From an uncultured Spirochaetota bacterium (GTDB lineage Bacteria; Spirochaetota; Spirochaetia; SZUA-6; DRHE01): a stretch of 64,000 nucleotides of DNA. The stretch covers positions 7,206 to 71,205 of the forward strand of contig CAVTQG010000030.1 in the NCBI GenBank assembly GCA_963736785.1. Reading direction: 5' to 3'. The notes under the pieces are model-generated. The model did no database searches. It saw nothing but the letters and a program-made list of their open reading frames with translations, and had not been told where the DNA came from. Both the position numbers and the translations under genes were made by a program. Below are positions 42,746 through 55,749 of the stretch, one piece after another; the stretch's first letter is position 1; each line of letters opens with the position of its first letter.

Positions 42746-43882
42746 ATGGTCGTACGATATCAGGACATCAGAAGGGCGGAAGACTGCCGTTACGACGGGG
42801 TGTCCCTGGGCGAGGTGATGATGCGCTTCGACCCTCGGGACGTACCGACAGCCCGCATGCGCGACGGCGTGCGCGTGTTCCAGGGCGGCGGGGAAACCAA
42901 TGTGGCCTGCGGGCTGGCCTACACCTTCGGGCTTCGTACCGCCGTGCTCACCGCCCTGGTGGATGATCCGGTCGGGGAGAATATCCGCAACCAGCTGCGG
43001 GAAGCCGGCGTGGATACGGGCAGGATCCGCTGGTGGAACACGAAAAACGACGGCAGCCGCTATTCCACGGACGGCAAGGGCGGACTGCACAATGGCGTGA
43101 ACTTCACGTACAACGGCGCCGGGGTCATCCCTTCCGCGACCACCTACTATCGGGCGCACACTCCGGCCACCCTGCTGCAGCCCGGGGACTTTGATCTTGA
43201 GGACCTGTTCGCCACTCAGGGTGTGCGGGTGTTCAACACGGGGGGAATCTTCACGCTCATCGGCCGACGCACCGCGGAGCTGGCCATCGAAGCCGCCCAG
43301 CGGGCGGCTGGGGCCGGCACTTTCGTGGCGGCGGACCTCAACTACCGCTCCAAGGTGGAACCCGACAAGAACCGGGCCCGGGCCATCAACAGGCAAATGG
43401 CCCCTCACCTGGGGTTCCTGGTCGGCAACGACTCGGACCTGGCGGACGCGCTGGGCTACGAAACACGCAAGGCCAGGGGCTTCGAGGAGTGGCTCGAGGC
43501 CTACAGAGAGACCATCCGGCAGGTCGTAGCGGACTTCCCGAACCTGAGCCTCGTGGGCACCCAGTGGCGCGGCGCGACCAATGCCGACCTGATCAGCTGG
43601 GGGGCAGTGCTGTACGACGTGGCGGCCGACACCTGGTACGCGGCGCCGGTCCGGGAAAACGTGCCCATCCGGGATCGCACGGGCGGCGGGGACTCCTTCG
43701 CCTCCGGGGTGCTGGCGGCGCTGCTGCAGGGCAAGGAATTGTCCACGGCGGTCAACTGGGGCGCCGCTCACGGCATGCTGGTGCAGGAGACGCCGGGGGA
43801 CATCACCATGGTCAACCAGGCGGCCGTGGAAGCGGAGGCAAGGCGCGCCCAGGGGGGCGCCGGGGTCAAGGCCGTCCGCTGA
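42746..43882 (+). CDS. PfkB-family sugar(-acid) kinase (2-dehydro-3-deoxygluconokinase-like)
   Basis: ATG at 42746 inside ORF 42656..43882. GEVMMRFDP...VFQGGGETNVACGLA...DLNYRSK...RDRTGGGDSFASGVLAALL. Confidence 0.85.
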   Translation: MVVRYQDIRRAEDCRYDGVSLGEVMMRFDPRDVPTARMRDGVRVFQGGGETNVACGLAYTFGLRTAVLTALVDDPVGENIRNQLREAGVDTGRIRWWNTKNDGSRYSTDGKGGLHNGVNFTYNGAGVIPSATTYYRAHTPATLLQPGDFDLEDLFATQGVRVFNTGGIFTLIGRRTAELAIEAAQRAAGAGTFVAADLNYRSKVEPDKNRARAINRQMAPHLGFLVGNDSDLADALGYETRKARGFEEWLEAYRETIRQVVADFPNLSLVGTQWRGATNADLISWGAVLYDVAADTWYAAPVRENVPIRDRTGGGDSFASGVLAALLQGKELSTAVNWGAAHGMLVQETPGDITMVNQAAVEAEARRAQGGAGVKAVR

Positions 43883-43884
43883 GC

Positions 43885-44682
43885 CTAGCTCGCCGCCCCC
43901 ATTCGCCTGGAGATCTCATTCGCCGCTTGGGTGACCAATTCCCGGAAGCGGGGGATTTCGCTGTCTGTCAGCCGCACCGAGGGCATGGAAACGCTCAGCG
44001 CGGCGATGGTCGCCCCCTGCCTGTCGCGCACGGGCGCGGCCACGCAGCGCACGCCCACCTCGTGCTCCTCGTCGTCGAAGGCGAACCCCTGCTGCCGTAT
44101 GGTTTCCAATTCCCTGGCCAGCAGGGTGCGGTCGGTGATGGTGTGGTCGGTGAAGCGCCGCAGGCCTTCCCTGTCCAGGATGCTCTCCACCAACTCGGGC
44201 GGGGCATGAGCCAGGAGGAGCTTGCCTATGCCCGTGCAGTAGGCCGGGGCACTCTGCCCGATGCGGGAAGACATGGAGACCCGCAGCGCCTGCGTCGAAT
44301 CGAACTTTCCCAGATAGACCAGCCGGCCGTCGTCCAGCACGGCAAGGTGGATCGTTTCGCGGGTCTGCTCCGCAAGCTGCTCCAGAATCGGATGGGCCTG
44401 TTCCCAGAGCTCCATTCCGGCCAGGACGAACGAGCCCAGCTCGAAGAGCTTCAAAGTCAGGCTGTATCTCTCGTTCGCGGCGTTCTGGCGGACGTAGCCT
44501 GTTTCCTTCAGGGTGTTCAGAAAGCGATACGCCGTGCTCTTGTGCATGCCCGCGCGAGCTGCCAGGTCGGTGACCCCCAGCTCCTTCTGTTGGGCCAGGG
44601 CCTCCAGCAGGCACATGGTCTTGTTCACGGCCTTCACGGGTTCCGTTCCGGCCGTATCCTTACTTCGAGGGCTTCCCTTCAT
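43885..44682 (-). CDS. IclR-family transcriptional regulator
   Basis: Intact 265-aa ORF. AVNKTMCLLEALAQQKELGVTDLAARAGMHKSTAYRFLNTLKETGYV plus a C-terminal IclR effector domain. Confidence 0.9.
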   Translation of the reverse strand: MKGSPRSKDTAGTEPVKAVNKTMCLLEALAQQKELGVTDLAARAGMHKSTAYRFLNTLKETGYVRQNAANERYSLTLKLFELGSFVLAGMELWEQAHPILEQLAEQTRETIHLAVLDDGRLVYLGKFDSTQALRVSMSSRIGQSAPAYCTGIGKLLLAHAPPELVESILDREGLRRFTDHTITDRTLLARELETIRQQGFAFDDEEHEVGVRCVAAPVRDRQGATIAALSVSMPSVRLTDSEIPRFRELVTQAANEISRRMGAAS

Positions 44683-44686
44683 GATT

Positions 44687-45659
44687 TCACTTGACGATGG
44701 GGGTCTTGGTCCGGTCGAAAGTCAGGGTGACGCCGATGATGACCATGATGCCCAGGATGGCCTGCTGGAGATACTGATCGATGCCGACGACGTTCATCCC
44801 GTTGTCCAGCATGCTCATGAAGATCGCCCCGAACAGGGTGTTCACCACGCCTCCCGTGCCGCCGGTGAGGGCCGTGCCGCCCACCACGACTGCCGCGATC
44901 GAGTTCAGCACGTACGCGGTCCCGACCACCGGGTCGCCGCCGTAGCGGATGGAGGACATCGTGATGCCCACCAGCGCGGCGCCCAGCCCCGACAGCATGA
45001 AGGCGATGTTGCGCGTCTTCACGATGTTGATGCCCGACATCCAGGACATCTTGATGTTGCTGCCGATGTAGAAGATGTTGCGGCCGGTGCTGGTGAAACG
45101 AAGGATGGCGAAAAACAGCAGGAACACGGCCAGGCCGATGTACAGGACGTTGCTCACCCCGAGCAGCGGAGCCGTTGACCACGGTGTCCACGACGTGGTA
45201 GCTGTCCGGGGACAGGTTCACCGGTCGGGGCGACACGAGGTAGGCCAGGCTGGTGAGAATGCCGCCGGTCCCCAGGGTGGCGATGAATGAAGGGATCTTG
45301 ATCCGGGTGAGGATGAGCCCGTTGATGTATCCGGCCAGCACTCCCATCAGGATGCAGGCCGGATAGGCCCAGTAGCCGATCGGCTTGATCAGCAGGATGA
45401 AGGCGACGGAGATGAACGAGACCAGCCCGCCGACCGAAAGGTCGATCCCGCCGACGAGGATCGTGCACATCTGGCCCAGGGCGACCATCAGCAGGATGGC
45501 GGAGAAGCTGATGATCGTGTTGAGGTTGTAGGGAGTCAGGAAGTTCGGGTTTCCCAGGTAGAAGGCCAGCCCTACGACCACCAACAGCGCGACCGTGATG
45601 TACACCGGGGGAATCTTCAATTTATGTGTCAGTCTTTTTCTCGTTGCCGGTTGGTCCAC
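44687..45659 (-). CDS. Sugar ABC transporter permease (one frame break near 45170)
   Basis: N-terminal half in ORF 44679..45659 (LTPYNLNTIISFSAILLMVALGQMCTILVGGIDLSVGG...). C-terminal half in ORF 44687..45157 (GRNIFYIGSNIKMSWMSGINI...VVVGGTALTGGTGGVVNTLFGA). Confidence 0.8.
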
Positions 45660-45677
45660 TGCATTCTCCTTCTGCGG

Positions 45678-47216
45678 CTAGACGATCAGGCTGATGATGT
45701 CCTGCGGGCTGGGCTTCTGCTGCGGGGAGCTCGCGATCTCCTTCACCAGACGGCCGTCCTTCATGATCAGCATCCGGTTGGCCAGCCCGATGTCCTCCTC
45801 CAGGGTGTCGCACATCATCAGCATGCCGATCCCTTCCTTGGCCAGGCGCCGGATGATCTTGTAGAGCTCGTCCTTGGCCCCGACGTCGACCCCCCGCGTG
45901 GGGTGATCGAGGATCAGCAGGCGCACGCGGGAGCTGAGCCACTTGGAGATGACCGTCTTCTGCTGGTTTCCCCCGCTGAGATTGGCGCAGAGAGTGCCCA
46001 TCGAGGGGGTCTTGATCTGGCATTCGGCAATCCAGTGCTGCGCGTTCTTCTTCTCGCGCGCCGGGCTCAGGAAGCCCGCCGTCTTCAGGCGGTTGAGAAC
46101 CAGGAGGTTCACGTTCTCGGCCACGCTCATCATGAGGGCCAGGCCCTCGCTGCGGCGATCGATCGGGATGTGACCGATCCCCGCCCTGACCGCGGCGCTC
46201 GGAGAGCCGCTGGGCAGCTTGCGCCCGTCAAGGATTACGGCGCCGGTGTCGGCCCTTTCCAGACCCGCGACGCATCTGCAGACCGCTTCCTTCCCCGAGC
46301 CGACCAGCCCGATCAGGCTGACGATCTCCCCTTCGCGCACCGTGAAGTCAAGCGGCTGGAAGAGCCCCGCCTTGCTCAGGTTTTCCACTCTCAGGATCTC
46401 TTTTTCCGACTGCCTCCACTCTTCATCCTGGTGGAAGCGGTCCACCGCGAAGGAATGCCCCACCATCAGCTGCTCGATTTTCAGGAGGCGCGACTCGGCG
46501 GCGGGCATCTCCGTGACATTCTTCCCGTCCTTCAGAACGACGATCCGGTCGCAGTTCTCCAGGACCTCCTGGATGCGATGGGAGATGAAAACGATCGAGG
46601 CCCTTTTCTTGAGCTCATGCAGTATTTCGAACAGCGTTTCCCGCTCGCTGTCGGCCAGCACCGTGGTCGGCTCGTCCAGGATCAACACGGGATTCTCCTG
46701 TCCGTACAGCCTGGAAAGCCACAAGAGGCGCGCGATCTCGACCATCTGCCGCTCCGCCGAGCTGATCTCCGCGACCGGCAGGTCCACGTCGATGCTGTGG
46801 AGCTTCATCTGGGCCAGCAGCTCCCGGGCGGCCGCCCGCATTGGCCGCAGGGACAGGATGCCGACCCGGCGGAATTCCGCCTCATGACATAGGAAAAGGT
46901 TCTCCGTGACGGAGAGGTTGGGAACCAGGGAACCTTCCTGAAAGACCATGCCGATGCCGCTCCTGATGGCATCGGCTGGGCTCTTCAGGGTGATCGGCTG
47001 GCCGTGAAGCTTGATGGTCCCCCCATCCGGTTGGAGGAGCCCGATCATGATCTTCATCAGCACCGATTTGCCCGCGCCGTTTTCACCCACCAGCCCGAGC
47101 AGCTCGTTGCGACGGATCGTCAGGTCCACTCTGTCCAGCGCCACCACCCCGGGAAACTCTTTGGTAATCTGGCTCAGCTCCAGCACAGCTTCCTGGGTTT
47201 TGCCCGTATCGTTCAT
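45678..47216 (-). CDS. Sugar ABC transporter ATP-binding protein (tandem ABC domains)
   Basis: Intact 512-aa ORF. GLVGENGAGKS, LSSAERQMVEIARLL, ILDEPT, and a second domain with LSGGNQQK and LILDHPTRGVDVGAK. Confidence 0.95.
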   Translation of the reverse strand: MNDTGKTQEAVLELSQITKEFPGVVALDRVDLTIRRNELLGLVGENGAGKSVLMKIMIGLLQPDGGTIKLHGQPITLKSPADAIRSGIGMVFQEGSLVPNLSVTENLFLCHEAEFRRVGILSLRPMRAAARELLAQMKLHSIDVDLPVAEISSAERQMVEIARLLWLSRLYGQENPVLILDEPTTVLADSERETLFEILHELKKRASIVFISHRIQEVLENCDRIVVLKDGKNVTEMPAAESRLLKIEQLMVGHSFAVDRFHQDEEWRQSEKEILRVENLSKAGLFQPLDFTVREGEIVSLIGLVGSGKEAVCRCVAGLERADTGAVILDGRKLPSGSPSAAVRAGIGHIPIDRRSEGLALMMSVAENVNLLVLNRLKTAGFLSPAREKKNAQHWIAECQIKTPSMGTLCANLSGGNQQKTVISKWLSSRVRLLILDHPTRGVDVGAKDELYKIIRRLAKEGIGMLMMCDTLEEDIGLANRMLIMKDGRLVKEIASSPQQKPSPQDIISLIV

Positions 47217-47230
47217 ATTCCCGCCTTGTC

Positions 47231-48262
47231 CTACTTGATGAAGCCGAGCTTCTTCCGGTCCAGGGTGAGAGCGACGGCGCCGATCAGAACGAGGCCATTC
47301 ACCGCCTGCTGCGCGTACGGGTTCACCTGCATCAGGACCATACCGTCATTGAGCGCCGTGACGATCAGGGCGCCGAGCGCGGCGTTCTTGGCCCCCCCGA
47401 GGCCTCCGGTCAGGGCTACGCCGCCGACGGCGACCGCGGTGATGGCGGGAAACAGCAGGCCGTTTCCCATCCTTGAGGTGGCGACGCCCAGACGGCAGGC
47501 AAAAAGGAGCGATCCGAGCCCGTAGATGATCCCCGCGATCGTGAAGACGGCGATCTTGATCCGGTTGACCTTGACGCCCCCCTGCTGGGCCAGGGCTTCA
47601 TCGCCGCCGATGGCGTACAAATACCGCCCGAATTGCGTGCGGTTCTGTATGAACTGCATGATGGCGGTAAGAACAACCGCGAAAATCGCGATCTGCGGGA
47701 CGCCGAAGACCATCCCGTTGATGGCGCTGAAGATCCTCTCGTCCTGGATGATGACATTGACGGCCCTGTTGATGTAGACAGCCAGCCCATAGAGCACCCA
47801 GCTCATGCCGAGAGTGGCGATAAACGAGGGGATTCTCAAGCCCGTGTTCAGCAGGCCGCTGATCACTCCCGCCACCCCCCCGAGCCCCATGGAAATGGGG
47901 ATGATCCACAACCCCACATTGTTGCTGTTGTACTGATTCTTCATGAGCAGCCCGACGAAAACAGCAATCAGCGACGCCACGCCCTGCACGGAAAGATCGA
48001 TCCCTCCGAGCACGACGGTCAGGTGCAGCCCGATGGCCAGAATCGCGGGAATCGCCGCCAGGCTGAGAATGGTCTGGATATTGGTCCAGGAGAGATATTT
48101 GCCCTTCGTCCCGATGGCGAACACGGCCACGAGGATCACCAGGGAGAGGATCTGGGCAACCGTGCCGGTGCGGCGAAGCCACCTGCCCGCGGCCGCCAGG
48201 GGAGCGGGCAACCGTTTCCGCCAGGCAGCCAGGCGGCCTCCCTTGCTGCTCACTTCTGTCAT
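47231..48262 (-). CDS. Sugar ABC transporter permease
   Basis: Intact 343-aa ORF. LGGIDLSVQG, GRYLYAIGGDEALAQQGGVKV, GGVALTGGLGGAKNAALGALIV. Confidence 0.9.
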   Translation of the reverse strand: MTEVSSKGGRLAAWRKRLPAPLAAAGRWLRRTGTVAQILSLVILVAVFAIGTKGKYLSWTNIQTILSLAAIPAILAIGLHLTVVLGGIDLSVQGVASLIAVFVGLLMKNQYNSNNVGLWIIPISMGLGGVAGVISGLLNTGLRIPSFIATLGMSWVLYGLAVYINRAVNVIIQDERIFSAINGMVFGVPQIAIFAVVLTAIMQFIQNRTQFGRYLYAIGGDEALAQQGGVKVNRIKIAVFTIAGIIYGLGSLLFACRLGVATSRMGNGLLFPAITAVAVGGVALTGGLGGAKNAALGALIVTALNDGMVLMQVNPYAQQAVNGLVLIGAVALTLDRKKLGFIK

Positions 48263-48379
48263 GAGTCGTCAGCCCTCCTTCGGCGAATGTAGAACGCCAG
48301 AACCATGGCGGCAAGGGAGCAAAATCCTCCGCACGGCGGCCAAAGCCCCCGTGCGGAGGTGCATCCATTCAGGCGAGCG

Positions 48380-49423
48380 TTATTGCGCTTCTCCCGCCCA
48401 ATTCGCGAAGAAGTCGGACAAATCGTAGGTGGGCATCTTCTTGATGTACTCGTTCACGAACTCGTCGACGTTTTCGCGGTTCACCTTGACCCCGGGGATC
48501 AACCAGCTGCGGTACTTGGCGGGGAGCTTGGCCACATTGAGCTTTCCGTCCTTCGCCGCGAGGCACATGGTCAGGCCGAGCTGGGCCTGGTAGCGGGAGT
48601 CCTGGAATTCGGTCGAGATCATGTATCCCGCCTTGATCGCATCGAAGGCCTCGGGATTGCCGTCAGTGCCGGTCACCAGGACCTTGCCCGCGAGCCCGGC
48701 TTCCTTCAGGGCCTGGATGGCGCCCATGCCCATGTTGTCGTTGGCGCACCACACCCCGTCGACGTCCGGGTATGCGGCCAGCAGTGCCTTGGTGGCGCTG
48801 TAGGCCTTGGTCGTGTCCCATTCCGCGCCTTCCCACTGCAGGAGAGTCACGCCGGGGAACTCCTTCAAGGCCTTCTGCAGACCCTGGAACCGTCCGATGG
48901 CCGCATTGTTGGCCAGCATGCCCTGGATGGCGACGATCTTGCCCTGGTTCGGGGTCTCGAAGGTCTTGAACAGCTCCTTGGCATTGTAATAGCCCTGGCC
49001 GACGGCGTCGAAGGCCACGTGCGACACCCAGTACTTATAACTGGTCACTTTGACGTCGGGCGGCTTGTTCCACCAGTTGATCCAATAGGCCTTGGCGGAC
49101 TCGAGCATCTTGGCAATGGGGACGACGTCGGGGGCTTCGTTGGGGTCGACGCTCACGACGATGTTGCCGCCGGTCTTGGCGATTTCCGCTCTCAGGTCGG
49201 CGAATTGCTTCTGGCTGTTGCCCTCACTGGACAGCACATCGACGGACAATCCCAGCTTCTTGCCCAGTTCCCTGGCGCCCACCGCGTAGTTCGCGTGATA
49301 CGGGTTGTCCAGTCCCCGGATCATCACGACCAGCGTGGTCTTCTTCTGGGCGCTGAGCGACAGGCTCACCGCCAGCAGCAGGACCAGGGTCAGCAGAATG
49401 ACTACCAGCTTCTTTCCGTTCAT
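48380..49423 (-). CDS. Periplasmic sugar-binding protein (PBP1 / ribose-binding-like)
   Basis: ATG at 49423 is preceded by AAGGAGG. Signal peptide MNGKKLVVILLTLVLLLAVSLSLSAQ. Mature part LVVMIRGLDNPYH...VWCANDNMGMGAIQALKEAG. Confidence 0.9.
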   Translation of the reverse strand: MNGKKLVVILLTLVLLLAVSLSLSAQKKTTLVVMIRGLDNPYHANYAVGARELGKKLGLSVDVLSSEGNSQKQFADLRAEIAKTGGNIVVSVDPNEAPDVVPIAKMLESAKAYWINWWNKPPDVKVTSYKYWVSHVAFDAVGQGYYNAKELFKTFETPNQGKIVAIQGMLANNAAIGRFQGLQKALKEFPGVTLLQWEGAEWDTTKAYSATKALLAAYPDVDGVWCANDNMGMGAIQALKEAGLAGKVLVTGTDGNPEAFDAIKAGYMISTEFQDSRYQAQLGLTMCLAAKDGKLNVAKLPAKYRSWLIPGVKVNRENVDEFVNEYIKKMPTYDLSDFFANWAGEAQ

Positions 49424-49537
49424 TCTCAAAACCTCCTTGAAATGGATAGGAACTTCAGGATTCTCAAGCACACTTCTTGCAGAAGCTCTCTGTGTTGTCT
49501 GCCCACCTCCTTTCGGGCTTTCGCACGGGATCCGCTC

Positions 49538-50300
49538 CTACTGGGCCGTCAGGCCGCCGTCCAGCACGAAGATGGAGCCGGTCATGAACGCGGCGTCATC
49601 CGATGCGATGTACAGCGCCGCCTTGGCCACGTCGTCGGCGGTGCCGACGTGCCGGAGGGGCTGCCAGTTGCGCTTTTCCTCCGTCTGGTCCCCACCGGGC
49701 TTGTAATGGGCGACCACGGAGACTCCCTGCGCCGTTTCGGTCATGCCGGGGCACAGGCAATTCACCCGGATGTTGTAGGGCGCGAAGTCCAGGGCCATGC
49801 TCCGCGAGAGGTTGACGATCCCGCCCTTGGAGGCCGCGTAGCAGGACGCGTCCGGCGCCCCGACCAGACCGGCGACCGACGAAACGTTGATGACCACCCC
49901 CGCTTTGCGCTCCATCATGCCGGGCAGGAAATGCCGGGAGACCAGGAACATGCCCTTCAGGTTCGTGTCCAGGACGCTGTCCCAGGTTTTCTCGTCGAGG
50001 TCGACGACCCGGCCCGGCCGCCAGATGCCGGCGTTGTTCACCAGGATGTCGACCTGCGGGTAATCCTTGAGGATCTGCGCCGCCACCCTGGCGACCTGGT
50101 CCGACTTGGAAACATCCGCCACGTAGAACCGGCAGTCCCCGCCCTGGCCGCGGATGCTCTTGTGCGGTCTTCTCGCCGTCGGCGGCGGTTCTGCTGATCA
50201 GAGCCACGCGCGCGCCTTCCTGGGCAAAGAGGCGCCCGATTGCGGCGCCGATGCCGATGCTGCCTCCGGTGACCACCGCTACCTTGCCCCCAAGCTTCAT
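49538..50300 (-). CDS. Short-chain dehydrogenase/reductase (one frame break near 50150)
   Basis: MKLGGKVAVVTGGSIGIGAAIG (ORF 49596..50300) joins ILVNNAGI...NVSSVAG...YAASKGGIVNLSRSMALDF (ORF 49538..50122). Confidence 0.85.
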
Positions 50301-50312
50301 GGCCAGCCCTCC

Positions 50313-51104
50313 TCAATCCCCGATATCCCGCAAGCTTCGGACCGTCTCGCGGCATTTCTCCGTGAACAGGCCCACGTCCACCGAATAGCACAGGTATTTC
50401 ACGCCCGCCGCGCGCCACTTCCTGGCCCCTTCGATCGTGTCGACGAAGGTGCCCACCACCACGCCGCGCCCCAGGCATTCGGCGACGATTCCGCTCATCG
50501 CCTCCGCCACGCGGGGATTGTCGACGTCGCCCGGGACGCCCAGCGATTGCGAAAGGTCGTAGGGACCGATGAAGATGATGTCCACGCCCGGGACCGAGAG
50601 GATTTCCCGGAGATTCCTCACGGCCTCCACGCCTTCCAGCTGCAGGACGATCGGCGTCTGGTTCGCGCGGGCGAAGTAGTCGTAGCGGTCCAGCGAGGAG
50701 TAGTCCGCGGCCCGGACGAAGCGGCACACCCCGCGCATGCCCAGGGGAGCGAAGCGCGCCGCCTGCAGCACCTTTTCCGCGTCGGCTTTGCTGCCGATGC
50801 TCGGAGCCTGGACCCCGCCGGCCCCTACGTCCAATACCTCGGAAATCTGGGACGGGGTGTGCGCCTTGACGCGGACGATGGGCAGGAGGTCCGTTACGGT
50901 GGCGGCCCGGATCAGGTTCTGCAGGGAAAGGACGGTGTTCGGCCCGTGCTCCAGGTCCAGGACCACGAAATCGAAGCCGGCGTGACCCATGATCTCGATG
51001 AAAGCGGGGTCCGAGGACTTGGAGAACGTCCCCACCACCGCTCTTTGCGAGAGCGCCTTCCGGAAGCGTTGGATGGAATCCGCCCGGACAGAATCCCGGC
51101 TCAC
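50313..51104 (-). CDS. HpcH/HpaI-family 2-keto-3-deoxy-acid aldolase
   Basis: Intact 263-aa ORF. FDFVVLDLEHGP, VRVKAHTPSQISEVLDVGAGGVQAP, LQLEGVEAVRNL, IFIGPYDLSQSLG. Confidence 0.9.
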   Translation of the reverse strand: MSRDSVRADSIQRFRKALSQRAVVGTFSKSSDPAFIEIMGHAGFDFVVLDLEHGPNTVLSLQNLIRAATVTDLLPIVRVKAHTPSQISEVLDVGAGGVQAPSIGSKADAEKVLQAARFAPLGMRGVCRFVRAADYSSLDRYDYFARANQTPIVLQLEGVEAVRNLREILSVPGVDIIFIGPYDLSQSLGVPGDVDNPRVAEAMSGIVAECLGRGVVVGTFVDTIEGARKWRAAGVKYLCYSVDVGLFTEKCRETVRSLRDIGD

Positions 51105-51253
51105 CTGACCACCCTCTCTAAATTGAAACGGTGTTTCATTATATCAGTGCCGGTCTGCTCCTGTCAAGAAGATTTTGAAACATCGTTTCATTCCGGTGAT
51201 CCTGGTTTGACACGGTCCGGGCGGCCCGTTAGTCTGCGGAAGGAGGTGCAAGA

Positions 51254-51781
51254 GTGAAACGAGCCGAGATAGCCCCGGACCGCCTGACCTGCCTGCCGGT
51301 GCACGATTGGCAAAAGCGCTGGTTCCTGCTGGCCTCCGGAGACTTCGCCTCCGGCGCCTTCAACTTCATGACCGTGGCCTGGGGCGGCCTGGGCTGCATG
51401 TGGGAACGCCCGCTGGCCATGATCGTGGTGCGGCCCACCCGCTACACCTATGAGTTTCTGGAGAAGTACCCGGACTTCACCCTGTGCCAGTTCTCCAAGG
51501 AGTATTCCAAGAAGCTGGCCTGGTGCGGGGCGAACTCAGGGCGCCAGGTGGACAAGGTGAAGCACACCGGCCTCACCCCGGAAGCCGGCCGGCTCGTGGC
51601 CGCCCCGGTTTTCGCCGAGGCGGAGCTGGTGCTGGAGTGCCGCAAGATCTACTGGAGCGACTTCGACCCGGCGCACTTCGTGGCCGGCTACATCGAGGGC
51701 AACTACCCGGACAAGGACTACCACCGCGTCTACTTCGGCGAGATCCTGGCCGCCGCCGGAACCGCGGCCTACCGGGGCTGA
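51254..51781 (+). CDS. Flavin-reductase-like (FMN-binding split-barrel) domain protein
   Basis: GTG start after GGAGG, 175 aa. FNFMTVAWGGLGCMWERPLAMIVVRPTRYTYEFL... Confidence 0.8.
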   Translation: MKRAEIAPDRLTCLPVHDWQKRWFLLASGDFASGAFNFMTVAWGGLGCMWERPLAMIVVRPTRYTYEFLEKYPDFTLCQFSKEYSKKLAWCGANSGRQVDKVKHTGLTPEAGRLVAAPVFAEAELVLECRKIYWSDFDPAHFVAGYIEGNYPDKDYHRVYFGEILAAAGTAAYRG

Positions 51782-51785
51782 GGCC

Positions 51786-53066
51786 GTGGCCCGGGCCGTG
51801 CGCTTCGAGGGCTATCGCTGCAGCGCCTGCGGCGCGGAGTACGGCCCGCAGGAGCCGCGCTACCTGTGCCCGCGCGACGGCGGCTGCCTGGAAGTGGTGC
51901 TGGACCTGAGGCGCGCGCGCGGGGAGCTGGCCGCCGCCGGCGTGGCGGGGCCGGGCGCCCGCCGGCGAACCCTCGCACTGGCGCTACCTGCCCCTGCTGC
52001 CCGTGGGCGACCCGGGCGGCCAGGGCACCCCCTTCCGCGCCGTGGGCGCCACGCCGTTGTATTCCGTGCCGGACCTGCGCGCGCGCCTGGGCCTGCCGCG
52101 GCTCTGGCTGAAGGACGAGGGCCGCAACCCCACCGCCTCGCTCAAGGACCGGGCCAGCTCCCTGGTGCTGGCCCGGGCCAGGGAGGTGGGCGCCGAGGTG
52201 GTGGTCACTTCCTCCACGGGCAATGCCGGGGCCGCCCTGGCCGGCATGGCCGCCTGCCTGGGGGTGCCCGCGGTGATCCTGGCGCCGCGCTCCGCCCCGC
52301 CGGCCAAGATCGCCCAGATGCTGGTGTACGGGGCCCGGGTCCTGCTGGTGGACGGCAGCTACGACCAGGCCACGGAGCTGGCCCGCCGGGCCTCCGAGGA
52401 GCTGGGCTGGTTCTGCCGCAACACGGGCTACAACCCCTTCAGCGCCGAGGGCAAGAAGACCGCGGCCTTCGAGATCTGGGAAGCCTGGCAGCGCGGCGAG
52501 CTGGGGGAGGCGGGCGGCGGCCAGAGATGCGCCTGTCGGTCTTCGTTCCCGTGGGCGACGGCAATATCATCGCCGGGCTGGACAAGGGCTTCCGCGACCT
52601 GGTCCAGGCCGGCCTGCTGGAGCGCGGGCCGCGCCTGTTCGGGGTGCAGGCCGAAGGCTCCGCGGCGATCGCCTCCGCCTTCGCCGCCGGCACGGAGACC
52701 ATCCGCGCCGTGCGGGCCCGCACCCTGGCGGACAGCATTGCCGTGGACCTGCCCGCCGACGGGCTGCGCGCCCTGCGCGCCGCCACCCGCACGGGCGGGG
52801 CCTACCTCACCGTGAGCGATGCGGCGATACTACAAAGCATCGCCGAGCTGGGGCGCTCGGGGCTGTTCGCCGAGCCCGCCGCGGCGGCCGCCTGGGCGGG
52901 CCTGCGCCGCGCGCTGGCCCAGGGGCTGGTGAACGCCGGCGAGCCGGTGCTGGTCCTGCTGACCGGCAGCGGCCTGAAGGACGTGGGCGCCGCGCAGCGC
53001 GCCACCGCCGCGGCGCCGGTGATCGAGCCCAGCCTGGAGGCGCTGAAAACGTTGCTGACTCCCTGA
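51786..53066 (+). CDS. thrC: Threonine-synthase-family PLP enzyme with N-terminal zinc ribbon (frame breaks near 51970 and 52520)
   Basis: YRCSACGAEYGPQEPRYLCPRDGGCLEV, LWLKDEGRNPTASLKDRASS...TSSTGNAGAALAGMAA (ORF 52003..52815), VPVGDGNIIAGLDKGF...FGVQAEGSAAI...LLTGSGLKD (ORF 51786..53066). Confidence 0.8.
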   Translation: MARAVRFEGYRCSACGAEYGPQEPRYLCPRDGGCLEVVLDLRRARGELAAAGVAGPGARRRTLALALPAPAARGRPGRPGHPLPRRGRHAVVFRAGPARAPGPAAALAEGRGPQPHRLAQGPGQLPGAGPGQGGGRRGGGHFLHGQCRGRPGRHGRLPGGARGDPGAALRPAGQDRPDAGVRGPGPAGGRQLRPGHGAGPPGLRGAGLVLPQHGLQPLQRRGQEDRGLRDLGSLAARRAGGGGRRPEMRLSVFVPVGDGNIIAGLDKGFRDLVQAGLLERGPRLFGVQAEGSAAIASAFAAGTETIRAVRARTLADSIAVDLPADGLRALRAATRTGGAYLTVSDAAILQSIAELGRSGLFAEPAAAAAWAGLRRALAQGLVNAGEPVLVLLTGSGLKDVGAAQRATAAAPVIEPSLEALKTLLTP

Positions 53067-53289
53067 GCCATCGGCTACAATAGGTCATGGCCAGCTCGGA
53101 AAAGAAGGCGTCTTCCCGGCCTCGCGGCGCGAAGCCCGGCAAGGGCCGCAAGCCCGCGTCGCGTAAACCAGGGGCCCCGGCGGCGCGACAGGCTGCGCGC
53201 AAGCCCGGGGCCCAGGCCGCGCGCAAACCCGCGGCGCAGGCCGGCCCAAGCCCTTCCGCCTGACCCCCTCCAACAACGAGTTCCTGGGC

Positions 53290-55744
<2,455 letters not shown>

Positions 55745-55749
55745 AAGCC

